In this document: piece by piece, positions 46,953-55,771 of the stretch
Layout of the letters: each line of letters opens with the position of its first letter
How positions within the stretch are numbered: position 1 is the stretch's first letter
Assembly: GCA_003169835.1 (NCBI GenBank)
Contig: PNAI01000034.1
Span: 4,982-68,981 of the forward strand
Direction of reading: 5' to 3'
Length of the DNA stretch: 64,000 bases
From: Hyphomicrobiales bacterium
Lineage (GTDB): Bacteria > Pseudomonadota > Alphaproteobacteria > Rhizobiales > Xanthobacteraceae
Position numbers and translations under genes: made by a program
Notes under the pieces: model-generated
Told to the model about the DNA's origin: nothing
Seen by the model: only the letters and a program-made list of their open reading frames with translations
Database searches by the model: none

Positions 46953-47073
46953 ACAGCTGAGATGTCATGCGCGATAACGGTGCTTCGCGCCTTTTGCCCG
47001 GAAAAGATAAAAAATAGTCAAGATCTGTTATCGTAAGAGCCGAATTGCTCAACAATTATCGCAGGAGAGTTAG

Positions 47074-47439
47074 ATGTCGCCGCCAAAAGTATTTTTCTTA
47101 TGCGCTGCATTTGTTTCCGTCGCCACTGCGTGCAATGCGCAATCGATCAGTCCCAAGGACGCGGAAAAAAATGTTGGGAAAACTACGACGGTCTGCGGGC
47201 AAGTCGTCGGAACTAAATATTTGAGCGATCGAGGGCGAAAGCCGACGCTCCTCGATTTTGGCAAGCCATTTCCGGATCAGGAGTTTGTCGCGGTCATTTT
47301 TGGTGATGATCGCGCGAAATTCGGTGAACCTGAAATAACGTGCTTAAAAAAGGACGTTTGCGTGACCGGCGAGGTCACGATATTTCGGAAGATGCCGCAA
47401 TTCATCGTCAAGGAGAAAAATCAGCTGAAAGGCTGCTGA
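47074..47439 (+). CDS. Small secreted hypothetical protein (121 aa)
   Basis: RBS AGGAGA. Signal peptide MSPPKVFFLCAAFVSVATACNA. Lies in an AT-rich stretch (line 47041 is about 40% GC by hand count). Confidence 0.6.
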   Translation: MSPPKVFFLCAAFVSVATACNAQSISPKDAEKNVGKTTTVCGQVVGTKYLSDRGRKPTLLDFGKPFPDQEFVAVIFGDDRAKFGEPEITCLKKDVCVTGEVTIFRKMPQFIVKEKNQLKGC

Positions 47440-47481
47440 CCGCCTTTAAGTTGCCCCGCCGCGTCAATGTGCCAAGAGTTT

Positions 47482-48420
47482 TTAATGCGCGACTAGATTG
47501 CGCAAATCCTTTTGCCGGCCCTCGATATAGGCGCGCAGGTTCGGCACGACGACGGTGAGCATTTGCTCCACGAATTTGTCGCTGTGCCCGCCCACGTTCG
47601 GCGAGATGATCACATTAGGCAGATGCCAGAGCGGACTCAGCGCAGGCAGCGGCTGGGTGGAAAACACATCGAGCGCAGCGCCTGCGATTTTCCCTGCCTT
47701 CATGTGCGCAATGAATGCCGCCTCGTCGAGCACACCGCCGCGCGCGAGATTGATCAAAAACGCGCTCGGCTTCATTGCCGCGAGCACGTCCGCATTGACC
47801 AGATGATGCGTCTCCCTCGAATAGGGCACGAGCAGCATGAGGAAATCCGCACGCTGAGTAACCTGGCGCAACGCCGCGCGTGGAACCACTTCGTCGAAGT
47901 TCGGCGCAAATTTCCGCCCGGAGCTCACACCAATCACCTCCATGCCGAACAGCTTGCAGCGCGCCGCCAGATGCTCCGCCAGAATGCCAAGCCCTACGAT
48001 CACGATGGTTTTGCCTTCCAACAGCGGCTGGGCGTGACGATCCCATAGTCCCTTGGTCTGGCTCTCGTGCATCCGCACGAATTTGCGGTTGAGCACGAGC
48101 ATGTGCAGGAACGCAAGCTCGCTCATCTGAGGTCCGTGCATGCCGCGCGTCGAGGTCAGCAGCACCTGCGGCGGCAGCGCGCCGATCAGCGCATCGGTGC
48201 CGGTGGTGAGCGCTTGCACCCATTTGAGCGACCGCGCGGCCTTTATCAGTTCATGTGGCAGTTTGTGCGCGAGCGCGACGATGACGTCGACCCCGGGGAT
48301 GACGTCCTTTGCTTCGCCGGGCGTAAACGCCTTATGAAAAGCGACTTGAGGAAACTGCCGCGTCAGGGGATCGAAATATTCCCCCGCGTGTTCGTCCAAG
48401 ATGAGAACCTTGAGCGGCAT
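47482..48420 (-). CDS. D-isomer-specific 2-hydroxyacid dehydrogenase family protein
   Basis: IVGLGILAEHLAARC NAD fold, plus …NLARGGVLDE… and …ISPNVGGHS. Confidence 0.85.
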   Translation of the reverse strand: MPLKVLILDEHAGEYFDPLTRQFPQVAFHKAFTPGEAKDVIPGVDVIVALAHKLPHELIKAARSLKWVQALTTGTDALIGALPPQVLLTSTRGMHGPQMSELAFLHMLVLNRKFVRMHESQTKGLWDRHAQPLLEGKTIVIVGLGILAEHLAARCKLFGMEVIGVSSGRKFAPNFDEVVPRAALRQVTQRADFLMLLVPYSRETHHLVNADVLAAMKPSAFLINLARGGVLDEAAFIAHMKAGKIAGAALDVFSTQPLPALSPLWHLPNVIISPNVGGHSDKFVEQMLTVVVPNLRAYIEGRQKDLRNLVAH

Positions 48421-48435
48421 GAGCGCCTCATTTCG

Positions 48436-48978
48436 TTAGCGCGCAGCCCATTGCGCGATCAGCGCGCCATGTTCTGCCAGATAATGCCGAAACCACACGG
48501 CGTAGATTTCGGGCCGGGCGCGTATATCTTTCTCAAGTTCCGAGAGCGCAATCCATTTCCACTCGCTCGCCTCGGCCGCATCGGGCTTTGCAGGCCCGTC
48601 GAACGTTCCGCCGAACACATGCACCACTTCATCTTCAATGAGTCCATCGGACACGACAGCGCGGTATTGCGTGACGAATAGCGGCATAAGCGCGCAATCG
48701 ACGCCCATTTCCTGGCCCAGCCGGCGGCGCGCGGCCACGGCCTCGTTTTCACCCGGCAGCGGATGGGTGCAACAGGCGTTCGCCCAAAGCCCGCCGGAAT
48801 GATATTTGCCCGCGCTGCGCCGCTGCAAAAGCAACTCACCGTCCGCGTTGCGCACCAGCACCGAAATGGCGCGATGCTTGAGCCCGCGCCGGTGCGCGTC
48901 GAGTTTTTCGGCAGTGCCAATCTGCACATCCTTGGCGTCGACCAGGATGACGGGATCGTTGTCGGTCGAGACTGTCAT
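48436..48978 (-). CDS. idi: Isopentenyl-diphosphate delta-isomerase, type 1 (Nudix fold)
   Basis: LKHRAISVLV…QRRSAGKYHSGGLWANACCTHPLPGE…EDEV matches the type-1 IDI catalytic Cys/Glu context. Start refined to the ATG at 48978 (ATGA overlap with the upstream gene). Confidence 0.85.
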   Translation of the reverse strand: MTVSTDNDPVILVDAKDVQIGTAEKLDAHRRGLKHRAISVLVRNADGELLLQRRSAGKYHSGGLWANACCTHPLPGENEAVAARRRLGQEMGVDCALMPLFVTQYRAVVSDGLIEDEVVHVFGGTFDGPAKPDAAEASEWKWIALSELEKDIRARPEIYAVWFRHYLAEHGALIAQWAAR

Positions 48979-49589
48979 CCGCGCACGCCGAACCGCCGCA
49001 ACATCGCGTCCCACAGCACTTTCGCGATCATCGAAAATCCGGAAATCGGCTTTGCCGCAGGCGGCGGCGCGGCCGGGCTTGCGGCAGCTTGCCCGATTGT
49101 TTGTGCCGTCGCGGGCTTGACGCCGCTCTCCGCGCCTCCTTTGGCGATCTCGGCTTTCAGGTTGTTGGCGAATTGTCCGATCAGCGCCGCGGCCGTGGCC
49201 TGGATCATGCCGACGCCGCGGCCGTATTGCGCCACCGCGCCCGAAAGCGACAAATCAGTATGCACCAGCACCTTGCAGCCGCTGGCCGCAGGCTCAAGCC
49301 AAAATAACGCCACCGCCTGCGCAGCTCCGCGGCCCTTGGCGTCGGTGCCCTGCGCGCGCACGCGCGCCTTGTGGTTCTGGTTGTCGATCTCTTCGAATTT
49401 CACGATGCCTGCGAACGTCAGCGCCACTGGCCCGAGCCGCACCGAAATATTGCCCTTGTACGTGGTATCGTCAATCAAGTCGGTCAATTGCGCGCCCGGC
49501 ATGCAGGGCGCGATGCGCTTGATATCCATGAGCACCGGCCAAGCTTGCGCCGGCAGCAGCGGGACTTCGAATGAATTGTCGAACTCCAT
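48975..49589 (-). CDS. SRPBCC-family protein, CoxG-like
   Basis: Start refined to the ATG at 49589 (MEFDNSFEVPLLPAQAWPVLMDIKRIAPCMPGA…). Low-complexity Ala/Pro linker near the C-terminus. The upstream part of the 394-aa ORF is an Arg-rich artefact. Confidence 0.75.
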   Translation of the reverse strand: MEFDNSFEVPLLPAQAWPVLMDIKRIAPCMPGAQLTDLIDDTTYKGNISVRLGPVALTFAGIVKFEEIDNQNHKARVRAQGTDAKGRGAAQAVALFWLEPAASGCKVLVHTDLSLSGAVAQYGRGVGMIQATAAALIGQFANNLKAEIAKGGAESGVKPATAQTIGQAAASPAAPPPAAKPISGFSMIAKVLWDAMLRRFGVRG

Positions 49590-49603
49590 CGCGCGCTTAA
49601 GCC

Positions 49604-50356
49604 TTACTCGGCGGCAGTCGCAACGCCGCCATGCGCCTTCGACCATCCGGCTGGGTCGTTGAGGAATTTTTCGATCTCGTCGAGCTTGATCGGATCGAAT
49701 TGCCCGCAGATCTTGGCGAAGTCGAGCACGTCCCACCAAGTGCACAGATGATGCAACTTGATATTGAGATCGGCGAGGATCTTTTTGCTCTCGGGATAGA
49801 TGCCGTAGAAGAAAATGACAAAGATATGCTCGACGGTTGCGCCTGCCTCGCGCAACGCATTGCAGAAATTGACCTTGCTGCGGCCGTCGGTGGTCAGATC
49901 CTCGACCAGCAGCACGCGCTGTCCGGGCACCAGATGCCCCTCGATCTGCGCGTTGCGCCCAAAACCCTTCGGCTTCTTGCGCACATATTGCATCGGCAGC
50001 ATCAGCCGGTCGGCCATCCATGCGGCGAAGGGAATGCCCGCGGTTTCGCCGCCCACGACCGTGTCGAACTGCTCGAAACCCGCATCGCGGAATATCGTCG
50101 CGACCCCGAAATCGATCAGCGTCTGGCGCACGCGCGGGAACGAGATCAGCCGGCGGCAATCGGTATAGACTGGGCTCGCCCAGCCCGAGGTGAAGACGAA
50201 CGGCTTGTCCTCCATGAAGCGGACAGCCTCCACTTCAAGCAGCATTTTGGCCGTCAGTTCGGCCATCGCCTTCTTGTCGGGAAACCCGAGGCCCGTTGCC
50301 ATGTTCGACCTGCTTAAATACCCCTGCTCGTTAAGCACACTTGAGCGCGCCGTCAA
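49604..50356 (-). CDS. pyrE: Orotate phosphoribosyltransferase (long Rhizobiales-type form)
   Basis: [17 protein letters not shown]…[21 protein letters not shown]…[12 protein letters not shown]…[13 protein letters not shown] matches the Rhizobium/Agrobacterium PyrE that I recall. The start may be the ATG at 50302 ([11 protein letters not shown]). Confidence 0.85.
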   Translation of the reverse strand: MTARSSVLNEQGYLSRSNMATGLGFPDKKAMAELTAKMLLEVEAVRFMEDKPFVFTSGWASPVYTDCRRLISFPRVRQTLIDFGVATIFRDAGFEQFDTVVGGETAGIPFAAWMADRLMLPMQYVRKKPKGFGRNAQIEGHLVPGQRVLLVEDLTTDGRSKVNFCNALREAGATVEHIFVIFFYGIYPESKKILADLNIKLHHLCTWWDVLDFAKICGQFDPIKLDEIEKFLNDPAGWSKAHGGVATAAE

Positions 50357-51342
50357 ATGCGGAATTCTTCGCCGCGCTTGCGGCCCTGGAAGACGCTGGC
50401 GAATAGCTCATCGACCGGCCATTTGCGCTTTGTCAGGCCCTGTTCGTGCGAATAGCCCGCAAGCGTTTCCAGCGTATGACGGTTCTTGTCGGTCAGCCCA
50501 TATTCCCACGGATCGGGCCCCAGGACCTGCTCCTGCTCCTCCCAGGCCTCGCGGTACCAGGCGAGCGGCACGATGCGCGGATTGTTCAGCCTACGCATGG
50601 CGAGTGCCTTTGCCTTGCTGAAGGCATGAAACATGTTGATCGGCACCCAAGGATGGCGCTCGATCACCTCCTGTTTGATGCCAAGCACATGCATGATCGG
50701 AAAAATTCCGGTCTTCTTGTAGTAGGCGATTTCTTCGTTTTTGAAGTCCGGCCACAGCCGCGCCACCCGCGGGTCCTTGGCCATGATCGGCTTGATGATG
50801 CTGGAATGGATCACCGCATCAAGCTCGCCATCCACCAGCATGGTCTCGACCGATTTGTTGTGCGCCAGCCGCGTGAGTTTAAGTTTCGGATGCGGGGTGA
50901 ATTCGATGTCTTCATCGAGCTCGGCGAACCATTCGATCGATTGATGCGGCACGCCATATTCGTGCTCGAGGATGCCGCGCATCCAATGGCCGGCGGAGAC
51001 CAGATAGGATTTGATCCCGATTTTTCGTCCGATCAGATCGCTCGGCTTATTGATCCCCTTTTTTGTGTTTATAAACACAAAACCATGGCGGAAACGCCGG
51101 TGCAGGAAAACCGGCAACGCGGTGAACGCAAAGCCGTGGTCACGCGCGACGATGTAGGAAGAGCCGGAAGTTTCGGCCATGTCGAAATCGCGATTGCGGA
51201 TGAAACGCCAGTGTCGGGTGGTCGAATCCATGTCGGTGAGAATGGTGAGATCTATGCCGTCCGGCTCGACCGCCCCCTCCTTCAGTGCGCGCGTGATTTC
51301 GTAATCGCCGCAGGCGAGCGTCAGCGGAATTTTTTTCGGCAC
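50353..51342 (-). CDS. Cytoplasmic NMT1/SBP-fold protein of the family usually annotated as 4,5-dihydroxyphthalate decarboxylase
   Basis: [26 protein letters not shown]…[12 protein letters not shown]…[17 protein letters not shown]…[14 protein letters not shown] pattern. No signal peptide. Confidence 0.7.
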   Translation of the reverse strand: MPKKIPLTLACGDYEITRALKEGAVEPDGIDLTILTDMDSTTRHWRFIRNRDFDMAETSGSSYIVARDHGFAFTALPVFLHRRFRHGFVFINTKKGINKPSDLIGRKIGIKSYLVSAGHWMRGILEHEYGVPHQSIEWFAELDEDIEFTPHPKLKLTRLAHNKSVETMLVDGELDAVIHSSIIKPIMAKDPRVARLWPDFKNEEIAYYKKTGIFPIMHVLGIKQEVIERHPWVPINMFHAFSKAKALAMRRLNNPRIVPLAWYREAWEEQEQVLGPDPWEYGLTDKNRHTLETLAGYSHEQGLTKRKWPVDELFASVFQGRKRGEEFRI

Positions 51343-51516
51343 GTGGGCCTCGTGATTGCTGCCAGCGTGGGTGTTACGATGGGGCAGATGCGGGAAACGG
51401 CAGTGAAGCCCGCTTTCGGCGCAAAATCCAGTCCGTTCGCGGCCCTTTCAGCGGGACGGTGCGATCACTGTAATATATTGATTAAACTACAGAATTTATG
51501 CCACGCGGCGGTCGCG

Positions 51517-53487
51517 TTAGACCTCGACTTTGCCCAGGAAGGTTTCCACTTCGGTACGCAGTTTACCCACCGCGGTTTCGACCGACTGCGAGGCGGCGAG
51601 CACGGTCTCGGCAGACGTGCGCGTGGCGGTCGCAGCGCCCGCCACTTCGCCAAGCACCGCGACGACCATGTTCGTTCCGCGCGCGGCGCTTGCCACATTG
51701 TGCGAGATTTCGCCCGTCGCCGCGTTCTGTAGCTTGACCGAAACTGCGACTGCTGAAGCGTAGGTGCTGATCTCGCGCATGCGCTCGGAGATGTTGCGGA
51801 TCGCTTCGACTGCGCTGCCGGTCGACCCCTGCACTGCCAAAATCTGCTTGGCGATGTCCTCAGTCGCTTTTGCCGTTTGCACCGCGAGCGATTTAACCTC
51901 CGAGGCGACCACGGCAAAACCCCGTCCCGCCTCGCCTGCGCGCGCGGCTTCGATGGTGGCATTGAGCGCCAGAAGGTTGGTCTGCCCGGCGATGTTCCGT
52001 ATCAGCTTGACTACATCGCCGATCTTTTGCGCTGCATCCGCCAGGTTCACGATATCGTCGTTGGTCGACTGCGCTTCGTTCACGGCGACGCTCACCACAT
52101 CGGTGGTGCGGCCGATCTGCTGGCTGATTTCGCCGATCGATTCCGACATCTCGTCGGCCGCAGTCGCTGCGGTCCTGACGTTGGCGGAAGCTTCGTTCGA
52201 CGCATGCACCGCACCTTCGGCGCGTTGCGACGCCTGCTCGGAAGATTCGAACAAGGCCGAAGCAGTCGTTTTCATCGTGCCGGCGCTGTCGCTCACGACT
52301 TTCAGCACGTTCTCCACGCGCTCGCGAAATTGCAAAATAGCGCTATCGATTGTTGCCCGGCGGCTTTCCTGCGCCGTAAGGTCTTCGCGCTGTTTCTCGA
52401 GCTCCCACCGCTCGGTGATGTCCTCGTGCGTGCCGACCCAGCCGCCGTCTGGCAGCGGCTTGTTGATGACCCGGATCATTCGCCCGCGACCTGAGTCGAC
52501 CACTCGGTTCATCGTCTCGCCCCGGGCAAACATGTCGAGCAGATTTGTTCGATAATCTTCGGCGTTGCCCGAGAGATTTCCGAGTGCGACACGGTGCTCG
52601 AGAATATCGAGAAATGTGCATCCAGGTTTTACTACATCGGACGAGAGCCCATACATTTCGATGTAGCGTTCATTTGAGATGATGAGTCGCTCCTCGCCGT
52701 CGTACATGCACAGGCCTTGTGACATGTTGTTCAGCGCAACCGCGAGGTGCTGATAGCGGCCGACGAGGTGGCGATCCATGAGCGCCGCAAAGACGGTTAT
52801 GCCCATCACCATCAGCGCGATAACGGCGATCCCCAAGGCGAGCGCAAGTGGGGTGATGGAGAACTGGCTAAAGGTGCGTGATGGATCGGGAACGACTTCA
52901 ACCGCGCCCATGGCCGTGAAATGGTGTGAGGTGATTGCAAGTGTAAGCAGCAACGTGGCGAGGCAGGTGGCGAGTACCGACTTGTAGCGCCTGGCAATCT
53001 CAAAGGCCATTATAGCAAACGCAATGCCCAGTAAGATTGAAAGCACCACGAGATCCCAGGACCAGTTCACATGGCCGGGCATTTCGACGGCAGACATACC
53101 GAGGTAATGCATCGCGGCAACGCCGACACCGACAATTGCACCGCCGGCGGCCGAGCGCCAAAGCATCGGAATATAGACGGCAACGCCGAACCCGGTGCAC
53201 GTGATCGTCATCGCGACCAGAAGCGAAAGCATTGTCAGTCCGGCGTTGAAGGAAATCGCGATGCCAGGCTCGTAGGCCAGCATTGCGATGAAATGCGTCG
53301 CCCAGATTCCAAATCCGGCCGTGCAGCCAGCAATAAAGACCCAGATTGCGCGTACGCGACCCAGCGAACGGCGCGCGCGCCGCAAAAGGCCGATCGCACA
53401 CAGGCTTGCCGTAAAGCATACCAAGCCCGCTATGACAACAAGCCGCCAGTCGTGCTGCGTGGTAAGGCAGGTGAAAACCCGAAACAT
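51517..53487 (-). CDS. Methyl-accepting chemotaxis protein with an N-terminal MHYT membrane domain and a PAS domain
   Basis: Three MHYT-type repeats ([34 protein letters not shown]) in about 7 TM segments. PAS-like segment ([12 protein letters not shown]…). MCP hairpin [32 protein letters not shown]. Confidence 0.9.
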   Translation of the reverse strand: MFRVFTCLTTQHDWRLVVIAGLVCFTASLCAIGLLRRARRSLGRVRAIWVFIAGCTAGFGIWATHFIAMLAYEPGIAISFNAGLTMLSLLVAMTITCTGFGVAVYIPMLWRSAAGGAIVGVGVAAMHYLGMSAVEMPGHVNWSWDLVVLSILLGIAFAIMAFEIARRYKSVLATCLATLLLTLAITSHHFTAMGAVEVVPDPSRTFSQFSITPLALALGIAVIALMVMGITVFAALMDRHLVGRYQHLAVALNNMSQGLCMYDGEERLIISNERYIEMYGLSSDVVKPGCTFLDILEHRVALGNLSGNAEDYRTNLLDMFARGETMNRVVDSGRGRMIRVINKPLPDGGWVGTHEDITERWELEKQREDLTAQESRRATIDSAILQFRERVENVLKVVSDSAGTMKTTASALFESSEQASQRAEGAVHASNEASANVRTAATAADEMSESIGEISQQIGRTTDVVSVAVNEAQSTNDDIVNLADAAQKIGDVVKLIRNIAGQTNLLALNATIEAARAGEAGRGFAVVASEVKSLAVQTAKATEDIAKQILAVQGSTGSAVEAIRNISERMREISTYASAVAVSVKLQNAATGEISHNVASAARGTNMVVAVLGEVAGAATATRTSAETVLAASQSVETAVGKLRTEVETFLGKVEV

Positions 53488-53720
53488 GTTATTCCAGGGC
53501 CGTGCGATTCAAGGGCCAACGGTCGGGCCGGAGTGTTCCAGTTGGAGATTTCTTTAGGGTTAACCACCGCTTGCGAACGGTGCGAAAGTCTTAAAAATGT
53601 ACTAACATTGCCTCAGGGCTCTGCGACGTTGCAGAAAATTTCGCCGGCCACGACCGGTTGAGTGCCGCAAGTCGCGAACGGAAAACGGAAAACGGAAAAA
53701 ATATCAGGGAGAAGCCAAAA

Positions 53721-54719
53721 ATGCGCTGCGATATCCGTCAACTGAAACGATTTGGCGCCCTGATCGCATTCGTCGTGATCGCGCTGGGCTTTGCGTCGAT
53801 GGGCTTCGCATCCATGGCGCGGGCGCAGGACTACCCGAACAAACCGGTGCGTCTGGTCGTAGGCTTTATCCCGGGATCTGCGGCCGATATCACGGCGCGC
53901 ATACTCGGCAACCGGATGGGCCAAATCCTCGGCCAGCAATTCGTGGTCGAAACCAAGCCGGGTGCGGGCTCAAGTCTCGCCGCCGATTTTGCCGCCCACG
54001 CGGCTCCTGACGGTTACACGCTGTTCCTCGGCTCATCCGCCAACATCACCAACAGCGCGCTCAATTCCAAACTGACAGACATCAGCAAGGACTTGGCCCC
54101 CATCGCGCTGGCGACCACAGTGCCGGTCATTCTCGTGGTTCATCCCTCAAGTGGGATCAATAGCGTGGCCGAACTTATCGCGGCCGCGAAAGCCAAACCG
54201 GGAGAAGTGCTTTACGCGTCCACCGGCGTAGGCACGGCGCCGCATCTGGCCGCCGAGCTGTTCGCGCAGCGGGCTGGCGTCAAGCTCGTGCACGTGCCCT
54301 ACCAGGGCAGCCCGCAGGCCGTCACCGACTTGCTCGCCGGCCGCACGACCATGATGTTTTCGCCCGCTTCCGCCGTCCTTCCGCAGGTTGAGGCCGGCAA
54401 GCTCAAGGCGCTGGCGTCGGCTGCGAACAAGCGCCCCGCGGTCGCGCCGAATATTCCGACCATGGCGGAAGCCGGCATGCCCGATTTTGACACTTCGATC
54501 TGGTTCGGGCTGATGGCGCCGAACGGCACGCCGCGCGAGGTGATCGACAAGCTCACCCGCACGCTGCGTGAAGCGCAGGCATCGGGCGAGGCGGTGGCGG
54601 CGCTACACACCTCAGGCTTTGAGATGATCACCGGCGGCCCGGACGATTTCACGCGCATGATGCAAAGTGAAAACAAGCGCTGGACGGAAGTGGCCGTCGC
54701 GGCCGGATTGAAAAAATAA
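53721..54719 (+). CDS. Bug-family (TctC-like) substrate-binding protein
   Basis: Start refined to the ATG at 53721. Signal peptide, then YPNKPVRLVVGFIPGSAADITARIL…ETKPGAGS. Confidence 0.9.
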   Translation: MRCDIRQLKRFGALIAFVVIALGFASMGFASMARAQDYPNKPVRLVVGFIPGSAADITARILGNRMGQILGQQFVVETKPGAGSSLAADFAAHAAPDGYTLFLGSSANITNSALNSKLTDISKDLAPIALATTVPVILVVHPSSGINSVAELIAAAKAKPGEVLYASTGVGTAPHLAAELFAQRAGVKLVHVPYQGSPQAVTDLLAGRTTMMFSPASAVLPQVEAGKLKALASAANKRPAVAPNIPTMAEAGMPDFDTSIWFGLMAPNGTPREVIDKLTRTLREAQASGEAVAALHTSGFEMITGGPDDFTRMMQSENKRWTEVAVAAGLKK

Positions 54720-54795
54720 AGCCCGCGAGTTGATCTGTAATCCAGTGGTCTTCAGCAACGAACTTGTTGAGCGACCTGTATCCCAGGCGCCGATC

Positions 54796-55716
54796 CTAAG
54801 CGTATTTGTTGGTCAGTGTGCCGATCCCCTCGATCCACACTTTCGTGGTATCGCCGCGCTTGAGGAACTCCTTGCGCGCGGCGCCGACGCCAGCCGGCGT
54901 TCCCGTCAGGATGATATCGCCGGGGTGCAGTGTAATGCGCGCGGACAGGTGCGAAATCTGCTCCGCTAGGGTAAAGATCATCATGGACGTATTTGAATCC
55001 TGCTTGATCACATCGTTAACCCACAGCTTGATGCCGAGCTTCTGCGGGTCCTTGATATCCTTCGCGGGCACGATCCATGGTCCCAGCGGGCAGGCATCGT
55101 CGAAGCACTTCTGGCCGACCCAGTCCCACTTGAATGGCGAAGAATCCGGAAGCTGGTTGCGCTTGCCGAGATCGCGCGCCGACAATTCGTTCGCGATGGT
55201 GTAACCGGCGACATAGTCGAGCGCCTTATCGAGCGGCACATTTTTCGCGGTACGGCCGATCACCGCGCCAAGCTCGGCTTCCCAGTCGATGGCCTTCGAG
55301 GCCGCTGGCAACTTGATGGTCGCGCCATTCGCGGCCACCGATCGCGATGCCTTGATGAAGTGCCAGGGGTTTAGCCCGACTTCGTGCGGATCGGGCGCGG
55401 GCGGCAGGTTCTGCAGCCGCGCCATCTCCAGCATGTGATCGGTGTAATTGGCGCCCGCGCAGTAAATCGCCGAGGGCCAGAGCACCGGCGAAAGCAGTTT
55501 GGTGCGCGCAAGCGGCCGGCTTTTGAGTTTGTTTTTTCCCGCAGCCGCCTTGCGAATGAGGCTCTGTGCCGTCTTCCAGTCGTTGAGGACGTCAAGCATT
55601 GTCACATACGACGCCTTGCGCGTCAGCACCGCCGCGTCGAACACCTTTTCATCGACCACCACGCCGGCGCGTGGCCCCTTTTCGGATTGGTAGGTAACTA
55701 GGAGATAGCTCGCCAT
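54796..55716 (-). CDS. Fumarylacetoacetate hydrolase-family protein
   Basis: FAH C-terminal domain motifs (…DWEAELGAVIG…GDIILTGTPAGVG). Start refined to the ATG at 55716 (MASYLLVTYQ). Confidence 0.85.
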   Translation of the reverse strand: MASYLLVTYQSEKGPRAGVVVDEKVFDAAVLTRKASYVTMLDVLNDWKTAQSLIRKAAAGKNKLKSRPLARTKLLSPVLWPSAIYCAGANYTDHMLEMARLQNLPPAPDPHEVGLNPWHFIKASRSVAANGATIKLPAASKAIDWEAELGAVIGRTAKNVPLDKALDYVAGYTIANELSARDLGKRNQLPDSSPFKWDWVGQKCFDDACPLGPWIVPAKDIKDPQKLGIKLWVNDVIKQDSNTSMMIFTLAEQISHLSARITLHPGDIILTGTPAGVGAARKEFLKRGDTTKVWIEGIGTLTNKYA

Positions 55717-55771
55717 TTTTGAAACCTGCCTCTGAAATTGCAAATGCTTCGCCGCGCGCTCCGCCCGCGGA

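Noticed and set aside
48975-50159. The full 394-aa ORF taken as one protein
   Set aside because: Only the C-terminal 204 aa (from the ATG at 49589) look like a protein (SRPBCC/CoxG-like). The N-terminal 190 aa are Arg-rich and overlap pyrE in another frame.
48436-50356. The idea that the PRTase plus the Nudix protein form a novel phosphoribosyl-heterocycle pathway
   Set aside because: The PRTase matches the long housekeeping Rhizobiales PyrE along its whole length. The Nudix protein has the type-1 IDI catalytic CCTHP/EDEV context. Both are best read as ordinary pyrE and idi. Only their linkage is noted as a finding.
50446-51732. 428-aa plus-strand ORF
   Set aside because: It lies antisense to the PhtD-like gene and runs into the chemoreceptor gene. 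It has no recognisable domain.
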